Shown: positions 11,545 to 24,148 of the stretch, one piece after another
How positions within the stretch are numbered: the stretch's first letter is position 1
Layout: each line of letters begins with the position of its first letter
Assembly: GCF_021028975.2 (NCBI RefSeq)
Contig: NC_059433.1
Coordinates: forward strand, 18,538,001-18,602,000
Length of the DNA stretch: 64,000 nucleotides
Origin: Sphaerodactylus townsendi
Taxonomy: Eukaryota
Direction of reading: 5' to 3'
The notes under the pieces: model-generated
Told to the model about the DNA's origin: nothing
Database searches by the model: none
The model's input: only the letters and a program-made list of their open reading frames with translations
Translations under genes and position numbers: made by a program

Positions 11545-11724
11545 CATTTGGGAGGGTTTTATTGTGGATGTTAATGGACGCCGATAATTCTGTACTGTAC
11601 ACTGTATTTTAAAGGGTTTTATTTTATAGTTAATATTCAATTTATATTTTGTATTTTGTGTGTTTTATTATTTGTTGGTTTGTTGTGCACCGCCCAGAGC
11701 CCTTCGGGGAAGGGGCAGTATATA
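11545..11724 (+). mobile_element. L2-like LINE 3' end running into gap
   Basis: T-rich tract then TGTGCACCGCCCAGAGCCCTTCGGGGAAGGGGCAGTATATA stem-loop tail. Confidence 0.6.
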
Positions 11725-11900
11725 NNNNNNNNNNNNNNNNNNNNNNNNNNNNNNNNNNNNNNNNNNNNNNNNNNNNNNNNNNNNNNNNNNNNNNNNNNNN
11801 NNNNNNNNNNNNNNNNNNNNNNNNNNNNNNNNNNNNNNNNNNNNNNNNNNNNNNNNNNNNNNNNNNNNNNNNNNNNNNNNNNNNNNNNNNNNNNNNNNNN
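11725..11900. other. Assembly gap (N run)
   Basis: Run of n. Confidence 1.
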
Positions 11901-11960
11901 GCAATTAATTTAGGGTTTTAACGTTTGCTTGTTATAATTTGTATCCTCCAACATGAACAG

Positions 11961-12031
11961 GCATGGGTGGAACCTGACAGTCCTTCCTAATAACACAGGA
12001 TCCATCCTGCGTCATCTTGGTGCTGTACCTG
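11961..12031 (+). CDS. JARID2: JARID2 coding exon (exon 11 equivalent), [23 protein letters not shown], start of JmjC region
   Basis: CAG acceptor, G|GTAAGG donor, 71 nt; frame continuous with flanking exons. Confidence 0.96.
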
Positions 12032-12615
12032 GTAAGGCGATCTATTTCCTCCCCGTTTTCACAGACACCCTCTTCCTTGTGGAATCCAAACAGCGTGTTG
12101 AATAAATTATGTTTTTGCTGCTTCCCTGGAGCCAGGCATATACCTATAGTCCCTGTTTAAAAATGAATTAATATTCAATAAGCGTCATGTCATGGCGGCA
12201 TTTATTATAATCCTTTTTGTGACGATGTTGCCCATTGACCCTTCAATCTGTTCTGCACATATGGGCACCCTTCACCCCAGGAGAGGCTCAGAAAGGTGCG
12301 TTTTTGCTTGTCGCAGCCCAAATGCAAGAACATGGCTCAATCCTCTTGTATGACAATAAAAGCGAAAAGGAATACAGAGGTGAAGGGTAAAGCTCAGAGC
12401 CTGGGCCATATACCTCGGGGCGTTCATTTCTCCCTGTTGCCACATGTTTGTTCATCATGGTTCAATATGCTAATGTTTAGAGTCGATGTGGTGAACGATC
12501 AGCATGTGTAGCTTCGTTATTTGTGGACTCTAGAGAGCAAAAGCATGTCAATAAATGTGCAGAATTTTCTGCAGTTGGCTGTTTGGCCTTGTGGCTTATG
12601 GAGGTGGTGTTTGCT

Positions 12616-12860
12616 GAGATAGCATGGTGTAGTGGTTAAGGGTGTGGACTCTAATCTGTTGAACTGGATTTGTTTCTCCACTCCTCCACGTGAAGCCTGC
12701 TGGGTGACCTTGGGCTAGTCACTGTTCTCCCAGAACTCTCTCAGCCCCACCTGCCTCACAAGGTGTCTGTTGTGGGAAGAGGAAGGGGAGGAGTTTGTAA
12801 GCTGCCTTGAGACTCCTTACAAGGGGAAAAAGCAGGGTGTAAATCCAAACTCTTCTTCTT
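12616..12860 (+). mobile_element. Squam3-like SINE (short, older subfamily)
   Basis: TGGTGTAGTGGTTAAG head, GCTGGGTGACCTTGGGCTAGTCAC core, CTCTTCTT tail; lacks the internal insert of the long subfamily. Confidence 0.8.
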
Positions 12861-13227
12861 GACAATTGTGTGGTAGAACTGTTGTTGTCCATGATGTGTG
12901 TCATCATTCCTTTTGTCAGGATATCACATTGGTTTTGTAGATTTTTTTTTCCAGTCATCACAGAGACAGAACTTAAGGTGTGTGTATTCATACCATATGG
13001 TAACAAAGCCACATCCAACTCTGAGTCAAAAGAAGGCCCAACCAACCATCTCCAGCCAGTACTCATGATATACGTTTCTGGTGTTCAGTGAACACAGACA
13101 CATAAGTACAAAAAGGCTGTGAAAAGATAACTTCCTTTTCATAGGGTTGTTTTAATTTGTCAAAATGCTGTTGCAATGAAACTATATTAAAGGGTAACTA
13201 GATCTAACGACCTGCTGCAATTAATGG

Positions 13228-13386
13228 CCCAGGCTAGCTCGATCGTATCTGATCTCAGAAGCTAAGTAGGATTGACCCGGGTTAGCACTTCGGGAAGCAA
13301 TGGCAAACCATCTCTGTCATTCTTTGCCTTGAAGGCCCTGTAAAGGGGTTGCCGCAAGTCAGCTGTGACTTGGCAACAGTTTACAC
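13228..13386 (+). mobile_element. 5S-derived SINE (internally deleted)
   Basis: TCTGATCTCAGAAGCTAAGTAGG..GGTTAGCACTT head plus the same tail as 10311. Confidence 0.65.
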
Positions 13387-13518
13387 CAGGGGTCTGCAAC
13401 CTGCGGCTCTCCAGATGCTCACGGACTACAATTCCCATCAACTCCTGCCAGCATGGCCAATTGGCCATGGGAATTGTAGTCCATGAACATCTGGACAGCC
13501 TCAGGTCGCAGACCCCTG
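13387..13518. mobile_element. Palindromic hAT MITE
   Basis: TIR CAGGGGTCTGCAACCTG; TSD GTTTACAC/GTTTATAC. Confidence 0.85.
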
Positions 13519-13719
13519 GTTTATACAAACCCACACGATTCGATCTAAAGCCAAGTCAAAGTGAAGGCTGGTTCATTTCTGTGAAGGATGTTATTTTATT
13601 TCCGATGGAAGGGGAAAGATTTCAAATTTTGAGTATCGGCTCGGCTGATGTTTATGGCTTTCAGTGTGCTTTTTAAAAGAACTATTTTATTTTTTAAAAA
13701 ATGGATTGTGTTTTATTAA

Positions 13720-13866
<147 letters not shown>

Positions 13867-13892
13867 TGAGTGACCCTCTGGCTTGCCTGCTA

Positions 13893-14125
13893 CCGTGTTT
13901 CCCCGAATATAAGACAGTGTCTTATATTAATTTTTGCTCCCAAAGATGTGCTATGTCTTATTTTCGGGGGATGTCTTATTTTTCCTTTGTTCTGTTCGTC
14001 GGGCATGCTTCCAAACAAAAACTTTGCTATGTCTTACTTTCGGGGGATGCCTTATATTTCGCACTTCAGCAAAACCTCTAGTATGTCTTATTTTTCGGGG
14101 ATGTCTTATATTAGGGGAAACAGGG
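13893..14125. mobile_element. Tc1/mariner (Tc2/pogo-like) MITE
   Basis: TA|CCGTGTTTCCCCGAATATAAGAC...GTCTTATATTAGGGGAAACAGGG; internal TGTCTTATTTTCGGGG repeats; second copy at 61724. Confidence 0.8.
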
Positions 14126-15034
14126 TGGCTGTCTTGTGCTGTGATTTTCAGTCTGGTGTGAGGAAAATGGGTAGAAAATCCAGCCGATTCTGTGATTCTG
14201 TTTTCTTCCTATGGTTACATTCAGCTGTGATTCAGACATGGCACTGACAGAGCAAAAGCACTATTTAATATTGCTATAGTACTTGAAGGAGGATGGTTTG
14301 GGAAGACAAGAGCCCAACGCTTTGGTACTACGCAACATTGATTATGAAATCTCATTTATCTCTCAGTCAGGGGTATATATATCATGGTCTCCTACGTCTC
14401 TGTCTATCTCCCTGTAGTAATTGTAAAAAGAAATTTTAAAAATCACAAAGTTCATTCTTTCCAATATTTCAGAGGCTTTGCTTTGTTATGGGTCAGATTT
14501 AGAAAATACGTGAGTTTAACTGACTTCAACATTATGCTACTGGTGTATCTTTTGGAGACCATTTTGGGATCATTAGTAACTCCATGACAGTGTAACAAAT
14601 GGAAGTCAGCAGCTTTTGAATAGACTTAGGCAAGATTTCACTGCACAGGACTCAACTAGGCTCCTGTAGGGTCCTTACACTCCTTTTCTGGGGCTGCCAT
14701 CAGAGGAATTAGCCTGGGGTAACTTTGACCCATTGGAACAAGAGCTGAAGCTGTCAAGGGGCTGTCAAGCCAGCCAGGGAGAGCCGGAGGAGAGCTAGGG
14801 GATCACTAGCTGGGGCTGTGCCGTCTGCCCAGGGAGAGCTGGAGGCCAGGCAGAAAGAACCCAGGAGGGGAGGCACTCAAGGTGCCACGGGCGGGGTAGT
14901 ACATTCATCTCCCGTGGCGCCCCTTCAACCCTGAGTCTCAATGGCTGGAGAGCTCAGTGTCTCTCCTGCTGTAGCCAAGCACCTTTGGGTTCCAGGAGCC
15001 TTGCACCTGCCAGGGTTGGGACATACTGTTTGGA

Positions 15035-15890
15035 GCTCATGAGAAGAGCCCTGCTAAATCAGACCGGTGGTCCATTTTGTCCAACATCCTGTTTCACACT
15101 GGTCAGTTCTGCACAGCAAATATAACTGGTGCAGGATGCTATATAACCCATTGGGGGGGGGGGGTTAGCACAGGTCCAGCCCCTAAAACGAGTCTGCCCC
15201 ATTTTATTTTCCTCAACTTTGGCTTTTCAAAAATTGCTCAACCAGCGATCCTTTTGACAAATCCAGGATTGCAGCCGCTGCCGTTCAGGTGGCCAAACCG
15301 GAGGCGCTTTATTCCCGCCCTTTTGTTGCGCCGTCCGTAGTCAGGGAGAATCCATCTGCCGTTGCTTTTTCTTTCTTTTTAAAAATTTTGCGGGTTGCAT
15401 GCGCATAACTGCACAGGTGCAGCCAGTCGTATCGTAGGACAATTGCCATGGCATGTGGGGGTACATTCCTGCATGCCTGCGTAGCTACACATGTTGCAGG
15501 GAATTAAAAAAAGAGAGAGAAGCGTCTCCAGATTGTTTTCATGGGCTCCAATCGCTGCCTGCACGGCGTGCAGGTAAACAGGAAACAGGAAAACAGGTTC
15601 CTTTATAATGACTGCAACCCATTTTACATTTGCTGTGCGGAATCAACCACGGCCACCAACCCAGTTGCCTTGAATGGCCAACAAACAAAGGCCCTGAAGC
15701 TGTCTTTTGCCATTGGGTTTCAAAGGAGGTTTACTGCCTCTGAAATGTGGTAAACCTTGGAGAACCATGATGGCTGGTAGCCGTTGAGAGCCCTGTTCTC
15801 TCCCTGGATCTGCCTAACCTCCTTTTAAAGCTATCTGTGGCCATTACTACATCCACTAGCCGTGAATTTCACGATCTAATTACTTGTTGT
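15035..15890 (-). mobile_element. Old CR1 3' end split by a Harbinger-like MITE
   Basis: CR1 3'UTR-like blocks (GCCCTGCT..ATCAGACC..GGTCCAT; CCTTTTAAAGCTATCT..GGCCAT) on either side of 15101..15648. Confidence 0.55.
15101..15648. mobile_element. PIF/Harbinger-like non-autonomous element
   Basis: ~25-bp imperfect TIR GGTCAGTTCTGCACAGCAAATATAA / TTACATTTGCTGTGCGGAATCAACC. Confidence 0.65.
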
Positions 15891-16488
15891 GCATGTTAAA
15901 GCTTTTGGGGGAGGAGGGGGGGGGTGCAGAAATCTAGTTCACTCGTGGCTGGTGGAGCTGCTTTCACAGTGAGGGCCGAAGCTGGCCAGTTTAATGTCAG
16001 AGTTAATGAAGGGAGACTGGAAGCAAATAGGCCTGTTGGAGCCAAGAACGAAGTGACTGCAGATTTATAGACAGGCGGCTTTAGAATGGGCCGTCCTTCA
16101 GACACAGTTAAAAGAATCTTCATGCTGTGCCCTGTGCGGAGGGAACAGTCTTTCTCGCTTGTATCTCTGGGAAAATATGAGTTGCTTCCTGATTCTCGTG
16201 CTTTGTTTTTCGTCTGTCGTGCCAGAATGGATTGTCACTGTATTATTGCAAAGTTGGGATGTGTTTTAAAATACCACTTGGAGCTCGCGTCTTCGCTCTA
16301 AACAGATTGCTGTTTGTGAGCCAAAGCATCCTTTCCCAGATAGTGCAGTCGGGGAAGTTAATTTTGAATGTATTCATGCTCGCTCTTGGCTTTGGAAGTG
16401 TAGATCAGGGCACCTGTCACAACACCGCGCCTGATGATGATCTTCTGTGTGTGATAAACACTCCTTTTGCTTTGCCGTAAATACACAG

Positions 16489-16594
16489 GTATTGCATTCC
16501 TGCTGCAGAGGAGAAAAAACTTGACAAAGTGGTACATACCCTGCTGCAAGCCAATGGCACTCCAGGGCTGGAAATGCTTGAAAGTAATGTCATG
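16489..16594 (+). CDS. JARID2: JARID2 coding exon (exon 13 equivalent), [35 protein letters not shown]
   Basis: CAG acceptor, GTGAGT donor, 106 nt; frame continuous. Confidence 0.97.
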
Positions 16595-17469
16595 GTGAGT
16601 TGCTTTATGGTTTCTGTCTGGGGAAATCCCAGCCAGCCACTTTGTGATGATGTGAACTGCAGTGCATTAGACTGTCTGAGAAAATAAAACACCGGCTATT
16701 AAAATGCTGATGCCGGCGTTCGCATAAAGCCCCACAATCCGTGCGCTCCTACAGACCGGGCAGATCGCAATAAATGCAGCGTTATAACGCAGCCGCTTTC
16801 CTTTTAATTAATAGACGTAGATAAACGTCGTAAAATGCACACACGCTTTTAATAAAGAAAGCACAGGCAAATATTTTTCTTGACACTGTTTTGGGTTGCA
16901 TTCCGGGGGTTTCGTTCACTAGCGGAAGTTCTCCCCTCTGAGGGGAGGAGCCTTTCCGTGGGGCGAGGCGCTCTTGCCTCAAGAAACCTCCTAATGCCAG
17001 AGGAAAAGCTTCTCCGGTAGCAGGATAGATCCACGGAATCTGATGCTTTGTCGACTGTCACCCTTAGCTTGAAGAAAGAGATCTGGCGTAAAAGACTCCA
17101 GTTTCTGTATCTTGTTGATTTGTCACATCCACAATTCCAGACTTCATATGTATCATCTGGAAATTCTGAACACTGGGCTGCTGCCGCCGCTGAACTCAGC
17201 TAGTCAGCTGCTGCCACTCTTTGGTTCCCACTTTTGTGTGTAGCAAGTAGGTCTTGGCGATACAAGGCGTGCGTATGCGTATGTCGTCAAGCATGCTGCA
17301 GCTGACTGCTCTCCAGGGAGTGGCAGAAACCATTGATCCTGGTTCTGCCTACATTCTGCGTATTTATTGGAAATATTTGTAAGCCTGCCTTTCTCCCTTG
17401 ACAAAGCAGAATCCAAACAGATATCCACCATGTAGCAAAATACAGTGCAAATTAAATGCATCAAAGAAG

Positions 17470-17770
17470 GGAGCAGCAGTGGCGTAGCGGTTAAGAGCAG
17501 GTGCACTCTAATTTGGAGAACCGGGTTTGATTCCCCCGCTCTGCCACTTGAGCGGTGGAGGCTTATCCGGGGAACTAGATTAGCCTGTGCACGCCAACAT
17601 ATGCCATCTGGGTGACCTTGGCCTAGTTAACAGTTCTTTGGATATCTCTCAGCCCCACCCACTTCACAGGTGGGGAGGGAAAGGAGGGAGGGAAAGGAGA
17701 TTGTCAGCCCCTTTGAGTCTCCTTACAGGAGAGAAAGGGGGGATATAAATCCAAACTCCTCCTCTTCTTC
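17470..17770 (+). mobile_element. Squam3-like SINE (long subfamily)
   Basis: GGAGCAGCAGTGGCGTAG head; tail CTCCTCCTCTTCTTC. Confidence 0.85.
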
Positions 17771-18189
17771 AAAATAACCAATGGGGGAGCACCCAGTTCA
17801 CAGCTGGAAACAGTTCCTTTTTCACCCAGACTCAAACTGGCCCCCAAACTATATGGAATAATTCTGTTGTAGAGCCTTGCTGAAATGGTAGGAGGGTGAA
17901 AGTACCTCCACAGACCTCTTACTAGGAGCTGTATTCTATCAACCGGGAACAAACAGAAATCCCTCCACTCCAAAGCCAAAATATGACAGATCCTACTGCC
18001 AGTACGTATCTAAAACTACCTTAAAGGTTTGATTTAAAAGCCGACTGACTGGATCTCCACCAGGAATGCAGGAACTGGGGTGTGGCCCCTCTTGCAGATT
18101 GTCTGGCCAGGTCACCAATGGGTCATCCTTTCTGCTGCAGCTTGAGAAACTGGGACCATGCTTGTGAATAGAGCTCTTGTATTTTCTAT

Positions 18190-18445
18190 GCAGTGGTTGA
18201 GGGGTCGTACTGGACACTGGAAACACAGGTTCAAATCCCCATTTGCGCCACGGAAGCTTGATGGGCGACCTTGGTCCAGTTACACGCTCTTAATTGTGAC
18301 CCTGGCTAGTATTTGGATGGGAGACCACCAAGGAATTACCAGGGTTGTGACGTGGAGGCAGGCAATGGCAAACCACCTCGGAATGTCTCTTGCCTAGAAA
18401 AACCTACAAGGTTGCCGTTGGTCATCTGTGGCATGACGGCACGCA
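18190..18445 (+). mobile_element. Degenerate tRNA-SINE head joined to a 5'-truncated 5S-SINE (from ~18298)
   Basis: GGTTCAAATCCC box B; then CCCTGGCTAGTATTTGGATGGGAGACC plus BovB-like tail. Confidence 0.55.
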
Positions 18446-18536
18446 CAAAAAAGAGGCGAATGGCAGAGCACCTGGGACTTGGCTACAAGAAGAGTCCCCG
18501 TTACAAGCTTTCCCTCCTCCCCTTGTCTCTCCTTAG

Positions 18537-18752
<216 letters not shown>

Positions 18753-19612
18753 TGAATTGTGTGCTATGCATCGATGCCAGGATAGGAGTAATTTATGTTC
18801 TGGAATATGAATAACCCTAAGGAACAGGGAAGAAGCTTTAAGACTTTTTCCTAATCTTCAGAACTTTAGAATTTGTCTGGCTGCGAAAATGGTGGAGTGA
18901 CTCGCAAACGCTTGGATTTACCCTGATTACATTGCAGTTTCCTGGGAATTATTCTCATTCAGTTTCCATCGAAGTGAACGGGAGTTGTTCAAGCTCCATT
19001 TTACTATGATCCTGCAGTCGTGTTTGTTGTCGGGACAGCAGAAATTGGCTATTTTAGTCCTCACGTTTTCCATATGGCTTCGTTGTTCGGCAGCTGTGCA
19101 GGTTATAATTTGCAGCTAAGAGCTTTGACTGAGACTTGTGAAGATGAGCCAGGCTTCAGCAAAGCAGAGAAGGAAAGTGGCAATCGAGATGCCAGGCTGG
19201 TTTGCTAGTTGCAGAAGAAGTACCAATGTGGGGGCCGTGGAAAAGGATGACTCAGTTGTACAACCATGACATATGTGGCAGGGAAGCCATTTTTAAATAC
19301 TTTCTCTGAGGATCCAAAATGTCTTAAGGTGGCAAACCATTTTTGTGCATTCATGTCACACTTCTGGTTTGTATGGGCTGATTCAGTGAATTCTATTCCA
19401 GCACGTTGCTCTACTTTTACTGCCGTTTCGAAGACCGATTGATTTTGGTCTCTGTAACAGGCTTTAAAGGGCAGTAAGATTTCTTCTTGAAACTATTAAC
19501 GTTTTTATTGACGGATGCATGCCACTCTTGTTTACTGGCAAACAGTGAAGAGAAGAAGAGGGCCCTGCACCAAGGCAAAATGAAGGCAAGGAAACAAATG
19601 GTGTCAAGGGAA

Positions 19613-19801
19613 ACAATTTTTAAATTATTGCAACTCCTACACACTTTGTGTGTAGCTTCATCAGGGGGGATCTGTCAGATGCCTTTTAGTAACAGCCCCA
19701 TGCATGTGTTAAAGCATTACTAAAAGGCATCTGAAAGATTTCCCGCTGACGAAGCCACATGTGAAATGCATAGGAGTTACAAAAATTATTAAAGAATTTG
19801 T
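19613..19801. repeat. Long imperfect inverted repeat (~80-bp arms, ~25-nt loop)
   Basis: TCAGATGCCTTTTAGTAA / TTACTAAAAGGCATCTGA perfect core; pairing extends outward to AACTCCTA/TAGGAGTT. Confidence 0.8.
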
Positions 19802-21277
19802 TAAGATCCTAGGAACCCTCTAAAAAGGCCAAAGGCTGGCGGTTCCATTCTCTCACTAGGCTAGCATTAGCTGGACAGGGGAAAGCTGTTTTCTTCTGAA
19901 CACCTCTCTGTGTGAAGAGCACTGTGGGGCACATGACTTTCACATAGTGGTTGGATGCAGGGAAAAAAAACGGAATTTACTTAGCAGGGATTACAGAAGA
20001 TCTTGTGCAGCGTCTCCTGCTCCCATCTGAGTCTGATCACAATACACAATGACACACAGATGGAGGATATTGCCCAACAATTCTTCTCCCTCTCCCGTGG
20101 GGTTTCTGGGGGAGACGCTTCAAGAGTGGAGAAGCTTCCGGGTTCTCTTCTTTGAAACCTTGCACAAGTGGGAATACGAGTTGGAATTCGGCAAGTTTGA
20201 CTTGGCGAAAGCAGCTGTTGTTCGGCCCTGAGCAGGAGGACACCTTTACCTTGGGATTCTTCTTGTTCCAGGAACTTGAGGTGTCCCACGATAAAGGTGT
20301 CCTCCTTAGCTCAGAGGAGAAGGACCCTTTATGGTCCAGTGGTCGTTTGGGTCTTTTTCTTGCACTTCTTCTCCCAGAGTTCTTGTAGAAGTGGACATTT
20401 TGCGTTGAGTCCAACCCAGTGACTTCTACGCAGTAGCAAACCATGTCACTCACCTGTACTCAGGCTGATTTTCCCATTTGTGCAGGGTAAAGATTACTGG
20501 CCTAATTCATTATCTCTACCTTCATCTAGTTAATATTTTTGCAGCACCACCATTATAATAGGGACCTAGACAAACCAGGGGCGTTTCCTTCTCAGAGGGA
20601 TTTTTGAATTATCTTTTTGCTTTGTGTTGTGAAGTGAATGTGGAGAGGCAGTAGATTGATATAGTAAATAAATTACAATGGCAGGGCATTGCCTGGGCTT
20701 GACGGGGAGATTGGCGAGAGGATAAAGGAGAGATTATTTGGGGACAAGGGCTGCAGGATTCGTTTTCTCAGATCAGGATCATCCAATTAAATGGATGGGG
20801 AGTCAGTTCAAGAATCTCAAGGAAACTTTGGTAATGGGACAGATCATGGCTCAGTTGTAGGGCAGTCTGCTAGGTCCAATTCCTGGCATCCCATTAAAAA
20901 AAATCATCAGGTGATATGAAAGACTTGTATCTGAGACCCCGATCGATTCCCCACTGAGGATTAGATGCGTGCTCATCACACAAAATATCCAGGTTTCCAG
21001 CAAAACTCCTGACTGCACCAGCACCGAACACGCTTTCATCCCGTTCCTGGTGCTCTGCGCCCCCCCCCCCCCGCCACCCAAGCACGTGTTATTTTAGAAC
21101 TTGGAAGAAAGTAGACCTTTTCAAAAAAAACATGTGGGCAATCTGGAGTGGTGGGGAAGTTGGGGGGGGGGTGAATCCAGATTCGTTTTTCCTGCCGCTG
21201 GTAGTGAAGTGGAGCCTCCCATCCAATGAGAATGCAGTGGGCTGTGCGTGATGCATGCGCAGCCTTTTTTTTTTTAA

Positions 21278-21494
21278 TTTTGCGGACCGGAGATCCACGT
21301 GGATACGAAGCAACATGGGGTCAGTTTTGACTGATTGACTGAGTAGAAGGCAATACAAAGCAGTGCTACACGTCATATCCACGTGGATCCGACTAAATGG
21401 AGGTGCACAGAAACAGCTTTGCTTTAATCGCCCGTTTCTTCGTCTCCGCGTAGAGTCGTTCTGCGCATGCTCGCACAGACGTGGATCCGCAAGG
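21278..21494. mobile_element. piggyBac-like MITE
   Basis: TTAA on both sides; TTGCGGA / TCCGCAAGG termini; internal ATCCACGTGGAT palindromes. Confidence 0.55.
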
Positions 21495-21548
21495 TTAAAA
21501 CATCTTGGGCTGATCTTTTTCTCCCTCTCAGGTTGACCTACCTTAGAG

Positions 21549-22064
21549 CAGTGGTGGCGAACCTATGGCACGGGTGCCAGAGGTGGCACTCAGAGCCCTC
21601 TCTATGGGCACGTGCAAACGGAGTCCCCCCCCCACACACACACACACACATCTAGGCTGGCCTGGGCCGCTCGACTATTAGCATTATTAAACCTAAGACC
21701 TAGTTTTGGGGAAGCAGTGTAGGTAACCCTGATAAGCGCTGTTAAACCCCACTGATTTTCATGCAAAGAACTAAAGTGCGATCCTTTACCTGGGAGCAAG
21801 CTCGGTTGCTGGCCATGGGACTTGCTTCTGAGTAAACCCTCCTAGGGTCGTGATTCACCCGTTGGAAGAGTTGCACGGTTGCTTCAAAGCAGAGCCACCG
21901 ACTAGCACAAAGCTTACTCCCAAGCCAACCTCGGAGCCAACCATTTTTTTCTAAACTAAAACCTCAGTATTCAGGTTAAATTGCTGTGTCGGCACTTTGC
22001 AATAAACAAGTGGGTTTTGGGTTGCCATTTGGGCACTCGGTGTTGCAAAGGTTCGCCATCACTG
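21549..22064. mobile_element. Non-autonomous hAT element, family A
   Basis: TIR CAGTGGTGGCGAACCT; perfect TSD CCTTAGAG. Confidence 0.9.
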
Positions 22065-22258
22065 CCTTAGAGGATTGGGAAAATAAGGGGCAGGAGTGAT
22101 TTTCCATGTATACCAGCGGGGTCCATGTAGAAAAGACAGGATAAAAATGCATAGATGGTCATTGGAACAAAATGCTGGACTAGACGGGTCTTTGGTCTGA
22201 TCTAACCAACAGCACAACTTCATGTGCCTAATTTCCCCGCAGGCTGTACAACTTAAGT

Positions 22259-22315
22259 CAGGGGTGTCCATCTGGTGCTTCAGATGTTCATGGACTCCAA
22301 TTCCCATCACCCCTG
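22259..22315. mobile_element. Collapsed palindromic hAT MITE (57 bp)
   Basis: CAGGGGTG..CACCCCTG; TSD ACTTAAGT/ACTTAAGG. Confidence 0.7.
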
Positions 22316-22476
22316 ACTTAAGGCATCCTCAACATTATCCTCATATATCCGTGTTTCTCACCCATCTTTTCGGATGGGAAATATTTTCCCCAGGTGCTGT
22401 GATTAATTTTTCTTTTCAAGCGACTCATTTTGTTGTATGTTACGGAGGACTAACGCTCTGGAATTCGTCAACGCAG

Positions 22477-22607
22477 GAAATGAAGCGGCGCCACATACCT
22501 AAGCCATTTTCGATGGAGAAGCTGCTTTACCAGATAGCGACAGCAGAGGCGAAAAAAGAAAACGAATCGGCTCTGAGTACAATATCGGCGCTTTTGGGAG
22601 AGCTCAG
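22477..22607 (+). CDS. JARID2: JARID2 coding exon (exon 15 equivalent), [43 protein letters not shown](R)
   Basis: CTAAC branch-like motif + GCAG acceptor, AG|GTAACT donor, 131 nt (overlaps ORF 22222..22611). Confidence 0.97.
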
Positions 22608-23857
22608 GTAACTGGCCCAGTCCTTGTTGTTCTTCTGTGCTTGTTGTTCTTCTGTGCTTCCACAGAGAAGTTCTCAGGGCAGATCTAGGGAGAGCGCTGC
22701 TGGAAACCCAAGATCCGTGTTGCTTTCACTGACCAAGCCGTCCTTCTCGAACAGATCCCTTTACAGGAGCTGGAGACTCCACGACTGACCTGCTGTGACT
22801 GTACCTGTGCCGGAGCTTCGAATGCCACGTCTTTTGCACTGTCAAGAGATGACTTTTCTTTTTTGCCTTCTTCAGCGTTTCCCAGTGTGCTCCATCGTCT
22901 CCAAACTTAAATACACACACTTTAAAGCATGATTTTTGTATTGCAGCAGGACCATTGATTAAGCACGCCAAGTCTCTGGCCGGGTGCTATTTTTGTGAGC
23001 GCTGGATATGCCAGGAACTTCTGCATTTGGGGAAGCTGACTTTTCAATAACATTTAAATATCTTAATCTGTATCGGAAGGAGTAGCAAACAGACTCGCCT
23101 CTGGAGGTGCTGAGAGACCTGATGTTAAATGTCTCCCCCAGAAGATAGGCTTTAAAAACAGGGAGGGGGAAATGCTGTTTCTTACGTAATGCTGTTCTCT
23201 TTTGTTCTCCTACCCTGTAGCATCTACCCACAATTCAAGTGCTGATCGCTAGCAGATTGACTAGAGCAACAGATCTGAGGGCTGGAAACTGCAAATTGTA
23301 TTTAACAAGTCGATGTGTTCCTATGCAAAAAAAAAAATTAGTTACAGTCTTTTCCACTGTGTGTTTGTGCTCAGAGTGGAAGACTTTTCAGACACACCGA
23401 GGAAGGACTCCACCTGGAGCTACTTCCTGTGTGGGGGTTTGCTACCACGACATGCATTCTTTTTTTCCTGGAAGGGAGGAAATTTTGCAAGTGCGAAGTG
23501 GAATGGTGTTGTTGTTTTTCCTGTTCAGTCATCTGAGTAGTTCTCAAAAGTGTTCAAATTTAAATTGTTGCCCCTGGAGATCCTCTACAGGTTCTCTGTC
23601 CTGAATCCTGCTTTTTGCTGATTTGAACGATAGATTGCAGCTACAAATGTCAGCTTACTGCTTTTGCTTGCTATGACTTTCTTCTGTCCCGTTTCTGAAT
23701 GTGATTCCCAGTCACTCACTATTTCGGTAGTTGTTCCTGCTATCTTCTGAATGCTGCCTTGTCATTGTTTGTAAGCACGGTGTTGTTTATAAGCGACAAA
23801 GTCAGTTTTGACAATCATTGGCCTCTCAGGAGAATCTGCCATAGGACATGATTTGAT

Positions 23858-24148
23858 GTGGTGGTGTAGTGGTTAAAAGCAGGTGGATTCTAATCTGGAG
23901 AACCGGGTTTGATTCCCCACTCCACCACCTGAGTGGCGGAGGCTTATCTGGTGAACCAGATGTGTTTCTGCACTCCTACATTCCTGCTGGGTGACCTTGG
24001 GCTAGTCCCAGTTCTTTGGAACTCTCTCAGCTCCACCTGCCGCACAAGGTGTCTGTTGTGGGGAGAGGAAGAGAAAGGAGTTTGTCGGCCGCCTTGAGTC
24101 TCCTTACAGGAGAGAAAAATGGGGTATAAATCCAAACTCTTCTCCTTC
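23858..24148 (+). mobile_element. Squam3-like SINE (intermediate subfamily)
   Basis: TGGTGTAGTGGTTAA head, internal insert, CTCTTCTCCTT tail. Confidence 0.82.

Noticed and set aside
13893-14125. CRISPR-like short repeats (TGTCTTATTTTCGGGG)
   Set aside because: Subterminal repeats of a Tc1/mariner MITE in a eukaryotic intron; irregular spacing and an almost identical second copy at 61724.
19981-20460. Antisense ORFs (102 and 138 aa) and a - strand AG|GTGAGT donor near 20452
   Set aside because: No recognisable protein similarity and no matching acceptor; insufficient support for an antisense gene.
22624-22660. Short tandem duplications (16 bp here; also near 8396, 30771, 61160)
   Set aside because: Ordinary slippage duplications with no evidence of function.
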